This document shows positions 1 to 12,900 of a stretch of DNA of 64,000 nt, piece by piece; the stretch's first letter is position 1; each line of letters opens with the position of its first letter. The notes beneath the pieces were generated by a model. That model made no database searches. It was not told the origin of the DNA and saw only the letters and a list, made by a program, of their open reading frames with translations. This DNA comes from Bispira polyomma. Taxonomy: Eukaryota. The stretch is taken from contig OZ287757.1 of the NCBI GenBank assembly GCA_965649765.1, positions 10,850,001 to 10,914,000 of the forward strand. The letters are read 5' to 3'. The position numbers and the translations under genes are program-made.

Positions 1-2547
1 TTTACTAAAGGTGCTCAAATGTTATGCCTATATATTTACTTGAGGAATAACACGTGACAAATTTACCACAATTTGAGGCATTGTAACACAATGGCAAAGC
101 CTGGGTGTTTATACACATCACATTTCTAACACAACAAATTAAAATAATTAGCTGACTGTTGCTGTATTTACTGTGAAATCACCTTATTGAAGGAACTATA
201 TCCAATGGGCTCCAAGTACACTACAGACAAAATTAGTCTATGTGTATAAATTGTTTGAGCCAAAAAGAATAGGTGACACAACCGTGTCATATTAGAATAC
301 ATTATTATGGTGTATTTTTTAGGTTACATACAACCAGACTGTATTAAAACATGTGGAAACCAGAGTATGAGATACTTAGCCTAGGGATTTTCACACTGAA
401 TTAGTAATTTACATGTCCTGACATAAATTTGTCTTGAGTCATAAACTGCAGATTATCACTGTACATTTGTCCACTTTTCCCCATTCTCTAAAGAGACACA
501 TTTTACATCAAAAAGAGAGAAGCTGGGTGACAAAAAAGCCACCATAAAGTGACATATTCTTAAAGTTAGGGCAATTCTCTACAATCAGATGTAACCATAT
601 TTTTACTTCAGGTGGGAAAATGTTACACACCAGCTCTACAAACTTACACAGCTTAAACAAATAGCGCAGTGTTTCACAATAAACACAACCTTGAATGGAT
701 AGATTGTCTGAAGTTAAGTCTGTAATTTTTCCAAAAATAACAAGAGTTCTGTTTAAAAAAAACAGTGTGGCAAATTCAAGAACATCTTGACATTCATGAA
801 ACAAAAGAAATAGTACCAGCGGGCACCTCCCTGTTTTACTTTACCACAGCTTATCATATTATATACTGATGTATATTGTTAGAATTGCCTTATTTAGCAC
901 AGACATGGGAATGCTATACTTCACTTTTATTGCCCTAACTAAATACAAATCTAACAAAGCTTTAACTTTAAAAGATAAATTATTTTAAATTTATCTAATA
1001 CATTTGTGGAACTACTTAAACTTGATTCACAATAAATATTTCAACCTGTACAGTATCTACACATGTACCACTTAATTTACAATTACTTGGTAATTTGCAT
1101 CAGTAATATATACCAATTTTTGTTCAGCTATTGCAAATACTTACCAAAAAAATGGTATCAATCAATTATCAGCCGGTTGATCTCAAGATTTGCATTTGCA
1201 ATAGCCGTATTTGAGTAGCATGTGAATACATATTTTTCGCTATATTACGTCACCAATCCTCATGTCTCTGAATTTGGCTGGCGCTCATACAAAAAAAAAA
1301 TAAGTATAAAATTAATTCATATATATCGGCTGATAACTTCAGTAACTAACCCACGTGACTAAAAAATGTCAACACGTGATTTGTTGTAGTTAACTTTTAA
1401 GCACATGCAGCTATTTATACATGCGCACTCAAATGCTAATTTGCCTATCACATCTTATATAGTTTGTTTTTAAATAAACCGTATCTCATGTAATTATGAC
1501 ATAGTGAGTTGTAATATTACAAAATATAATATGTGGTTTCCTGTTTTTTTTAAAATTCTCTCTCGTTATTACGACAGAAACAAAAATCTGTCTAACAAGT
1601 TATTTCAATTACACTTGGGGTCCTTGAAGTTCATCTGTTACACACGCAGAAACAATAATCTTTGTGTTCTGTAATAGTACAGCCATTCTGTAACATACAC
1701 ATTTTCAATTCCAATTTTTTTTATTTTACTGGCGTGTTTTTCTAGTATTCATTCTGCTGGCATGTTATTCTATAAGTATTTATTTTAATGCGCAGGTGGG
1801 CGGGGCCTAAATACTTGGGGAAAACAACGCCAGTAGAATAGCTCTATTAATGTACATGCTAAATTTTTTTGAGCTATGACAAATACTTTCAGAGAAAAGG
1901 TAATAAGATATAGACCAAGATAGACCAAATCACTCAATTTTAGGTACTCAGGACTCAAGTATTGCATTGAGAAATTATCTGTATTATAAACTTCAATTTA
2001 AATTTATAATACATACCACGATACTTTAAGGATTTATTACATATAGTTAATCTCATTCATTGACTATTGGTCATAATACCCCAGATAAATATTTGATTTA
2101 TGCCTTTCATAGAAACATATAAAAAAGCTCGTACTTGCCTATCCTATACTGATTTTCTATATTATGCTTTACAATGTCTGGAATCTTATATCCAATGATT
2201 TAAACTTTTAAATGTTGTCATATTAATCCATAAATTTCATACATGCTGTCACTTAAATTGTCTCCGGAAACAATTAAACTCACATATCTCCTTTTGGTTT
2301 CGCTTTGACAAAACACGAACATACTTCTTGAAGAACCTGTGTGTTGATCGTATGAATTAGATCAATAGAGGTTACTAATTTATATTAGAGATATTTATTG
2401 GGTATATAATATTTTTTTAAAAATTGTTTCCGCACTTTAGTACAGCAGCATATCAATCGTAGTAAGGATTTGGGGAAATGTATCATGTTGATCCAGAACC
2501 AAAGTACTACTTCAGCAGGGACATGATTGACAATTTCTCTTGATTTA

Positions 2548-2701
2548 AAGTCAACGTCAAAGTTGAGGGTTTTACGTCCCATTCAACAGCCAGGGTCATA
2601 TTGGGAAAGGCCCCACAGCATTTGTCACTTGTGGAAGGCGAACCCAAACAGAGGTGACAGCGTGTGATTAGATGCCAAACTTGCTAACCACTCGGCCACT
2701 G
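2548..2701 (-). mobile_element. tRNA-derived SINE (family 1)
   Basis: A box TGGCCGAGTGG, degenerate B box GGTTCGCCTTCC, tail gggacgtaaaaccctcaactttgac. Confidence 0.75.
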
Positions 2702-2950
2702 TTTCATATCAGTTTCATGATTATATACAAATTTGGTTGGCATTTGTTAAAGAGAACCTCAGTTTGAACCTAGTCTCAAGCTCTCATATAGAGGCAGACG
2801 TGTATTAGCTTGGATGACACAATACATTAAGGGTATTGTATCCTATTGACTGCCCTGATACTAAGTTTCCCACTCTACTTGGTATGTAATTGGTATGTAA
2901 AGTTTTAAACTCATCAGTAATAAACCAATCTCATATTCTACAGAGAGCAT

Positions 2951-3286
2951 ATTATGTGCAAAATAACAAGAATAATGGTTCTACATAGGTATTACATTGA
3001 TTATGTGGGAAATAACAAGAATAATGGTTCTACATAGGTATTACATTGATTATGTGGGAAATAACAAGAATAATGGTTCTACATAGGTATTACATTGATT
3101 ATGTGCGAAATAACAAGAATAATGGTTCTACATAGGTATTACATTGATTATGTGCAAAATAACAAGAATAATGGTTCTACATAGGTATTACATTGATTAT
3201 GTGCGAAATAACAAGAATAATGGTTCTACATAGGTATTACATTGATTATGTGGGAAATAACAAGAGTAATGGTTCTATATAGGTAT
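2951..3286. repeat. 49-bp minisatellite, about 6.9 copies
   Basis: Unit attatgtg(c/g)(a/g)aaataacaagaataatggttctacataggtattacattg, starting at 2951, 3000, 3049, 3098, 3147, 3196, 3245. Confidence 0.95.
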
Positions 3287-6200
3287 GGACAGCAAGAGCT
3301 GTATACATCGAATGTCGGCATCTAAATGACACAACCCTAACTGATTGGATCCACTAGCCCATTCCTAGGATAGTTTAGAAGCCTTTATGGAGGAGTGTAA
3401 GTTGCTTTCCTACTTAGATTGGCAAAGTTGATGCTTGAAAACAGATACAGATCTCACGGACCATAAAAGGATTACCTTGGATAGCATGAGAAACTTATTT
3501 TTGTTCTCTCATGCATTTTGGTATAATATATGCCCCTAGTACATTTGAAATTTTGATGGATAAGATATTCTAACGTTTGAATCCTGAAATGGTTTAATCT
3601 ACGATATGAGGGTCATATTCAAAACCTTGGAACTATTTTGATGAACTGAAGTATTTTGGTTTAAAGCTCTGTGATTAGAAATGCCATTTGTTATAATTTT
3701 AGGACACATTATGTCAAAAAATTGTATTTTCACAGACCCTGAACAGATATGTGCGGAAGTTAACTGGCCTGTGCCCCCCAAAAAAAACATTTTTTTATTA
3801 TTAATAGTTTTGTATGTACAGGACTTCAGATTCCCAAAATGTTTTTGGAAAATTTGAGAAAATTTTTACCTCAAGCTTCAATTCAAATTTATCAAAATCA
3901 TCATCTTCAAGATGCCAGTAGCATTAGAGGTACTTGAAATGCAATAGATTATTGTAGTTAGGCTTCACCACAAAGTGAGAGTGATTACAGTGTAACCTAT
4001 TGTTGACACATACTTGTTTGGGCTTTTCGTCCTTATTCGGAGATGGCTTTAAATTTCAAGACTATAGAAAGTCAATTACGAATCTGGAGTGAATACATGT
4101 GGAGCATACATAGATATCTCTAAAAGTTCAAAGAAAATCTTTAAGCATTCTGCGGTTCATTGATAGGATCAACCAGAACGGGTTAAGTGGCTTAAGTTTT
4201 CTGGTTTTGAAACCAGTGTACTGCCATTGTATAAGGTTTTAAATGGAGTTACTCGTTTTTGTAATAGACATCACAATACAGTAGTATTTTAAAGAACCAA
4301 CTTTTAGTACAATTTTACAGATGGACTTGGAAACTTATTTCTCAATGAATATAAACAAAATACAAAATAGTAACTTGCCCTTTTGCTTTGCCCAATACTT
4401 GTTTTCCCAAATAAAGCCATATTCTTTACAGTAACACTATTTGATCTGCATTAATATTAACCTCTTATTTTAATATCTTAGTTTGTTCTTATAACTAAAG
4501 TTTCGTTGATTGGTTTCCACTTTATTATATTATATTATGCCATAACATAGGCAACAATTCCAAACTCTGATTATATTCATTCTTTGCTTTCGTTTTATTC
4601 AACAACCAAATAATTATGCCTGTATAAACAATTCACATATAATGAGTACACGTGAATCTTGATCATACCCTTGCGGACCAATACGTTTGTAAACAACAAA
4701 ACCTTACTTGTATAGTCCCACATGCAAATGGCTTCTTGGCTCTGATTACACGTGGCCATGTTCTAACGGGTCAAACAAGATGTCAGGAGGTTGGCTCTAG
4801 TATATTGTTATTCATATATCATGTTATACAAATAATAAGTATACTAAAAATAATTTTATGTATCTACTTCCTAATTCTAGTTGGGGTTTGGTGGTCTGAC
4901 AAAATTCTTTGGACATCTGGCCCTAGACCATCATCAAAAGCTTAAAGCTTTTCATATAGTCAAAGGTCCCTTTTCAGTACATAATGTACTAGTTCACTAA
5001 AAGCTTAAACTGAAATCTTCTACAAACTCTAATTTATGTAACGTCAAACTTTCTATCCTTTAAGTTTACACTCAAATTAAAAATTTTACTTGCCAACCTT
5101 AAACTCAAAATCCCCTCTAAGTTTAGACTCAAACGAAGAATTTAGGGTTAACTACTTCGCTTCAGATTGAAGCCTGACTTAATGCAAGGTGACCTTATGC
5201 TCTCCTTTATTTGCATCTTAACTGTACTTAGACTTCTTTAGTATAAATATTTTATATTAATAAAATTGTTTACCCGTAATTCTGTTGCTATCTGTCTTGA
5301 TAAAATTTAACTTCTAATCAGTTACTCTGACCAGTATCCTAGGATAATGAATGACAGGCTTTTCACTGATAGAATATCAGGGTAATTGGTCCAGACATTC
5401 TATTTTGCAAGCCACCAGCCTTCAGTCTATTGCAATTTTTATGTGAAGTTATTCTTATTTTATAGACATCACAATACCACAGGACCTCAAACACTGTTAG
5501 TACCATTTTACATATACAAATTAAAACTTAGTTATCAATAAAGATAAAACAAATTTCACAAACTTGCCTTTTTGCTTGGCCCACAACTTCTTTTTCAAAT
5601 ATAGTTGTGTCCTTCACAGGAGCACTATTTAGGTTGTTTAAAATATTATCTGATTTTTAATATCACAGTTTGTTCTCTATAACTACATCCTCACCGATTT
5701 CGTTCTTTTCCACATTATTATGTTCTTCAGTACCCTACAATTGCTAAACCCAGTTTCATCATACCCTAATGTAATGTAATTTAATCTAATTTTGATAGCA
5801 CTGATCTCCATGCTAGCTTACACTTATTGCATAAATATGCTCCATTAACATTTGGCATGGACACTGCAATACATTTGTGATATTCCTTGGGTAGCGATAG
5901 GCTAGACTACCACAATTCCCTGTACATTGGCCTTTTTAGGTTTGATTGAGACAGACTCCAAGTCATTAAGAACTATTTTTAAAATGCACCTCCGAACCTA
6001 CAAAACAGTAAACTTTCACCAACCAGTTCACCTCAAAGAAATTATATATCCATACAGATCATACAGAGTCCAGATATACATTTAGTTCAACAAATCAGCA
6101 TCTTATGTGGCTCCTTCTCTCTTCTGTAACAATCTCAACCAAGCCTTCTTTTCCCTTGGCTGAATGCTACAATTTTTGTTGCTTGGCTATTATGAATTTT

Positions 6201-6978
6201 GTTTATGATTAAGATGTTATGATGCTTTGAGGATTCCTAGAGAGGACATTTAGCACCGAAAAATTAACAGATTAGATTAGATGGGGAAACCCTCGTAATC
6301 ATACAGATTAGATTAGATTAGATGGGTAAACCCTCACAGTTTATTACATTGACTTAGCAAGCTGATTACTTCAATTATTATTATTATATATTATTTCATA
6401 ATATATAATTATGACATCAAAGTAACAGACAATAGTGCAAATGGAAAAAATGCTTATATGCTTATAGCCTTTCTTTGGACTGTTCATGTTACCCTGCCTG
6501 CAACACCTTAACACACTTGGATGTTAATATTATCTACGTTAAAATGTGCATACATTTTTAATATCATAACATAACAATATAGAGGTGCAGTTAACAAACC
6601 ATAAATAAGAGCAATCTGTATCATATAAAGTAAAACAAAGAATGTGTCAAGAAATAATAAAATACACAAACAGAATGCAGCTTGAACAGCTGCTACATTG
6701 TAAAGGAATGCATAAATATAACAGTCCAAGAATATCCATACATGCATATTATAAACACATGCATATGTACGATAATATATTACAAGTATGTGCCTAATTC
6801 AATGTTATACACACTGGTATCCTTTTTCTCAGTCTAGGCCATATATTTAACATTTATTTCCCTTTGAATGTTATTTTATTTTTCCTGAATATGGATTACT
6901 TTAGTTTGCACTCGATTTGCAGTAGCACTATTATCACCAATTATTACTCAGTCACTCATGTCAGCTGTAGTCCTACTA

Positions 6979-9900
6979 TTAGTCAGATAGAAAATCAATG
7001 GTTATTTGCATGGGGAACTCGTCCCCTCTACTGATATCCCTAGCCTCTATCATTAGCTCTGTGTGGCCAAATGTAACCTTGGTTTCAATCCGTTTCCCTA
7101 GCGATCCACTGGAACTACTCAATACTGCCTCGCCTAGTTTCTTAACACCTGGCTCATCAATATATTCAACCCTTTCCTTATCTGTTTTGAAAATGGTAAA
7201 GTGCATCTCTTTTTGATCTTGGAATGCCAGGCCATAAGTGAATGTTTTGGAACTCCCTGTTTTTACCTCTTCACCTTTAGAGAGAAAAACGCTGAAATGA
7301 TCTTTACATCTTGCTTTCCCATCTTTGCCAGTTATTTTCTTGGCAGGATCATGGACCCCAGTTTTGAAGATGCACCGGCTATCTGTACCGTAGGTGTACC
7401 GAGCTATGCGGCTTTTAATCTGAACTGGATTATGGCCAAATAGCACAGCCCCCTTAATGATAGCCAGTTGAGCTTCCCCTGGAATCAATACCTGAGCTAA
7501 CCTAGAGAACGCTTTTTGGCAGGCTTCCTGCAATACTTTACACTCTGCAAACCCACCCACTAGAAAGATGTATTTTAGACCATCCAACATTCCTTTAGGT
7601 GTAAGCATTTCCACATGACTTATTATCTCAGATACAGGTTCAGAGAAGAGGCCCATGGCCTTTTGATGCTTTATTATTACATAACCATTGGAAAAAGAAA
7701 TGTCAGTCTCTCTGGAAGCATTTAAAACATCTTGGATGTCTTGTCCTGTCTTGGCTTTCAGTTCTGTAGGAAAGGAGTATGGTAGCTGGACTTTAACACT
7801 GCTTTTACCATCAGGCTTTAAGCTTTTCTTAGACTTTTCAAAGGCGTTCATATAGTCAAGCCATTGCTGTGGTTGAGCCTTTTGGAAATGGTTGAGAACA
7901 TCACTTCCAAAAAGCTTGGCCATGAGTTTACAGAACTTCTTATCAACTTCTATTCCGCCCCACGGACCGCCAGATGGTGGGCAAATCTCTTTTGCATTGT
8001 CTTCTGCAAGAATCTCATGAGCTGTGATGTCTACAGTCCCACCTGGGAGAAAAGCCATACACATTTGTATATAACACAATGTATATCTGACAGTGGGTGT
8101 ATCTTACATGTAAATCATAACAAATAAGTGTGTAAAAAGAAAATGTATGTAAGATAGTCAAATTTATTCATGTGATCACAAGACAACCATTCGCAAATAA
8201 AGACTATTTGAAATCAGTTGGGTGTTGCTTTGGGTGTTACTTTCAACAGCTTCTGTTTTATTACGATGGTCAGATTTAATGCTGAAAGAAACCAGTGCTG
8301 AAGCACTGTAAATCACCGACCTACAGCAAGTACCCGACAAACTTTCCCACATGAAGTAACAAACAGGATTCAAACCCACTAAACAACCGCCATCTAATCG
8401 TCTTATCACCTAATTGTATGAAATTGTGTATTCTATTTGTATTGTATAGTTTGAGCCTGCCTGCCGATGCCTTGATCTTATGGTGCAACATGAGAATCAA
8501 TAAACCATTAATTAATTAATTAATGAGGGACCTTCTTATCTACAAAACCAACCAAGTACAACTTGGGAATATTGTGATCACTAGACTAACTCACTAACCA
8601 CAATGCCACAGATCACAATATTGTGAAGGTATTTTGAACTACTCTACATCCATTAGTTAGACTCATATGATCGCTTAAGTTGATCAATTCCAAATATTAA
8701 TATAGTCTACAGGCACGGATATTGTAAATCTAATAGCTTTGTTCTAACAAATGTGTGTCTATGTGTTTAAGGCCAAACTTACCTCCTGCATCTATAATGA
8801 GTATCTTTTCTCCAGGCTGAAACGTTTTTATCATTTGTTCATCCATGTTTTCGGAAAAATTCACATTCAGTGTTCGGCTGTAGATGGAGGCAACTTCAGG
8901 TTCTAAGGCGATCAAAAGCTGCCTGGACTCCTTTTCAGAAATTAGCCCAGCCTGTAAATGGGACATGGAGATTTTGGCCAGGACTAGATGGCAGCAGTAG
9001 TTTGGAACTAAATAAATGAATTGCCCAAAAAAATCTCCCCAGTCTAAATTTAAAACTAAGTAGTTTGTAAGACACAATATCTTCCTCAGCAAAAGTGAAA
9101 CCAAAAATCTGTTACAATAATTCCCATGCAATAATTTCCAATTAAGGGACACAAGCCATGTAGCTGACTGATGATTGACAATATTCAGTCAGCTCAGTTA
9201 GTATTCACCAATAGCCAATTTTGCTGGCATATGTTTTATAATATAGAAAGCCATGCATATTCGTGATTTGGAATCACCCATCGATTTTATATATTTCATT
9301 CATACAGTATTCACAAGGCGACAGCGTTTACTGCTAATGGGAAAAACTTAATTTGGGTAGGCCATAACCAATAGCTAACTTTTGAGAGAGTTTCGAAGGG
9401 AGGTCACAATGAGACATGATCCAATATGTAATAGGTACATAAAGTGAGCACAGTAGCCAATGCACTTAGTTTGTTAATACTCCAATAAAAAATTTGGAGT
9501 CTGAAGAAACGTAAGCTTGACACAACTGTGTCTGATGTTCCTGGTATATGAGAGAATATTGACGTAGACGGTTTGACATACTATACTTCACATATTTGTG
9601 TGCAACCAGGCCAGACTTTGAATTAAATTCCAAATTTAGGTGAGTTTGAATTTGTATATTTAACGTCCACTCTAGTACCTTTTAGTAGGTTATATTGGGA
9701 CAGGTATTTGGAAACACTGGAGGAAACACTGCATACAGTCAGTCAAGGTTCTGCAGAGAAACCAGCGGCCCACAGTAAGGAACTACCACCTTTTCACATA
9801 GCCATCGGTGGGATTCGAACTCACGCCGCCCAGAGGTGAGAGACCAAATTTAGGTGAGAGCCATGTGAAAACATAATAAAATTTACCCTATATGCAGCCT

Positions 9901-12900
9901 CTCTCATAAAACCTTTTGCCTCATCGCTCCAAATGGCAGGGACGGTCAGCACCCAGCGAATATCGGAAGTAGTGGGTAGGCTGTGGAATAGTAAAGATAT
10001 GTATGCATAGGGTTATTTCTGGTAGGCAAACCTACGTAAGGATTATTTACCTAAGTGACATAGCTGTCTTATTTCGTGCACTCATCACATATATAGACAT
10101 GTCAGTCAGCCAAGTAATCGTTATATTTATCACACATATAATAACCTATTAATTATATACTATATATATTTATATCATGTGAAAGTAATGACTCTCGACA
10201 GTATTAAAGCTGTATTTAAAGCTATGAACTAATAACAGAGAAGTAGCTCAGATAAATAACGCATAGAGTGCATAGATTTTACACTTTGAGAAACAAATGG
10301 TGATAGTTGTGATATGATAGCTTCACCATATATTTTTGTATTGGTCAGAAAACCACCAACAAATACAAAAGTTTGCTTCAGTGACAAGAAGGCCATAAAA
10401 TTAATGAAGGAGCAAGTAATATTCAAATTTACACTGCAGTTCTCTGTGGTAAAATATGAAGGTCAAATGAAAGTCAATATGATAAATTATAATTGAAGTT
10501 TAATAATGAACTATGGTTTTAGGTATTTATTTTTCTAAACATTTTAGTTAAAAGTATGTACAGGTAGGGGTAAAATAAGCAATTTTAAAATATAATAATT
10601 TTTAATTTTAACACCCACGCCAACTAAGGGGAAACTAGTATAGTACTGCTGGTATAGCAGAGGCAAAAGTGAGGGAAACCTCAGATGTATCTTCAGAATT
10701 TTGATGGAGGTAAGACCAAATAGCAGATGATCTCCAGAGACCATGTACCATAATGTACTGGAATAAAACATTATTGTTTAATGCAAGGGAGCATCTCGTG
10801 ATAATGGTCTGGATTGTAATAGCTGTTGAAGAGCCTGGACTGGACATAGGGTCAAATTTTTTAATTAAGGAATTTGTATGATGTGAAATTGTGACCTATT
10901 CTGGAGATTCGTAGCCCATTTAAACATCAAATGTGCTCCAGGATGACCAAATATGACTTATTTTCTAAGGAAATGGCATGTTCGGTCAAACTTAAACCTT
11001 GAATGGGGAGCTATTTTTGAGATACAGAGATATCCGAAAAAGGCAACCATAAAAATGGCCCTGAATAGTAGTTGATCATTAGATTGTCATAAGCTTTGGA
11101 AATGAGTAGTAAATAATGCGTTTGGAAAATGCCCTTAGGAGAAGGCCTGAAAGAGGAGGTATGTGTTAATCTCCTTGTAAAAAGTGAAACAGTGTTGTTT
11201 TAGAATATATTAATATCCCAATACAACTTGTTGGCCATATGTTTTATGGCTGCTTCTGAGTGATGAAGTTTGCACCTGTAATTATATATTTAAATCTAAA
11301 TTAAAATAGTGTAATGGAATATTCAACCATGTACAATAATCCCTTAAAATGTTAACCTGGCCCTTTGAGGGGGTTGGTCAGAAAAAAACCTTGACAATAA
11401 ATCAGCTATGATGTTCTTTTTCCCTTAATGTGTTGAATTTTGATTGTAATACCATAAGTTGCTGAAATTAACCAAAAGTGCCAAAAAAATTCTTCTTTAG
11501 TTTTGTTGGACCCAACTACTAACACTACAGCCATCTTGTCACAGTTTAAGAATATGCTTTTATGGCTCCACTGCTCACCCCATGCCTTAAGTGCTAAAAG
11601 TGTATTAAGCATCTCTATATGAACTATGGATAGGTTTCTACCATAAATATTGTAAAACGGTGTAGTATGTTCATGTATATTGCCCCCAATCCTGTGAGGC
11701 AAGCGTCAATAAAGACCTTGTTCTTGTGCTTTTTCACAATAGGGTCAATAAACTTTAACCCGTTATATGAGGGGAGAAATTTTACGAACCATAGAAAGTC
11801 AGCTTTCATTTCCTCTGATATCTCGAAACGTTTAGCTTGACTATTATTCCTGAAAGCCATTGATAATCTATTAATAAACATGTGAGCCGGCTTGACACAT
11901 TTGTGTACATAAAGTAGTTTACCAAGTATCGATTAGAATTTTGTATGTGAAATTCACGTTTTGTTGACTACTTCTACACAGATTTTGTAGGTTTCTCTGA
12001 GTTTATCTGGAGTACTACTAATTGTACCTTTTCCTATGTCAATATCTATACTTAGGCATGTGATTTTTAAACTGAGTTTTGAAATTTTTTCTAGATTAAG
12101 GGGAAACACCAATTGAGTAACCAGTTCATGTAATTCGTCAAAAGATATGTCTGCTTGTTCGGAAGTTGAAACTCCAACGTATTCGTTGATATAACAACAA
12201 TTTTTATGATTATTCTTATTCTAAGTATGAGCTATTACATCAGAACAAGGCTGAAACGTAGCCAAGCCCTGGACCCAGCCGAACGCCACTGTAGGATCAA
12301 TGTATTTCTGGTTGTCAAAATGGATGCCTAGTATCATTGCATTGACTGGATCAACCCTCAGGTTTCGAAACACCCGGGCTACGTCCAACTTGTAAATGTT
12401 CGGGTTGTATGTGTTTCGAATTTGTTCCAGAATGTCGTCAATAGTTGGAAATTTTAAAGCAAAATCCACCCCATCAAATTTTTGTCTGTCCATGTTATCG
12501 TTAACTGAACCATCCCTGTTGTGAGAGAGGTCAGCACATTCGTCAGAACAAGGCTGAAACGCCGCCAAATTGTGGACCTAGCCGAATGCCACCGTAGGAT
12601 CAATGTATTTCTGGTTGTCAAAATGGATGCCCAGTATCATTGCCTTGACTGGGTCAACCCTTAGGTTTTGAAACGCCCGGGCTACGTCCAACTTGTAAAT
12701 CTTCAGGTTGTGTGTGTTTCGAATTTGTTCCAGAATGTCGTCAATAGTTAGGAATTTTAAAGCAAAATCCACCCCATGAAATTTTTGTCTGACCCGTTAT
12801 CGTTAACCGAACCGTCCCTGGGGTGAGAGAGGTTTAAAATGACTCGTCTTTTGTCCTTATCTTTGGGTCTGGTGAGCAGTGGGAAACAGTAAAATAATTT

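Noticed and set aside
2951-3286. CRISPR-like array
   Set aside because: Units are contiguous with no unique spacers, there are no cas genes, and the context is eukaryotic.
4262-5720. Diverged repeat pair (about 4262-4530 and 5461-5720) reading WAKQKGK on the minus strand
   Set aside because: Similarity is visible but too decayed to assign; possibly old LINE RT fragments.
6998-8127. Plus-strand ORFs overlapping HSPA12 exons, and similar ORFs antisense to retroelement genes
   Set aside because: Short shadow ORFs with no motifs or splice support.
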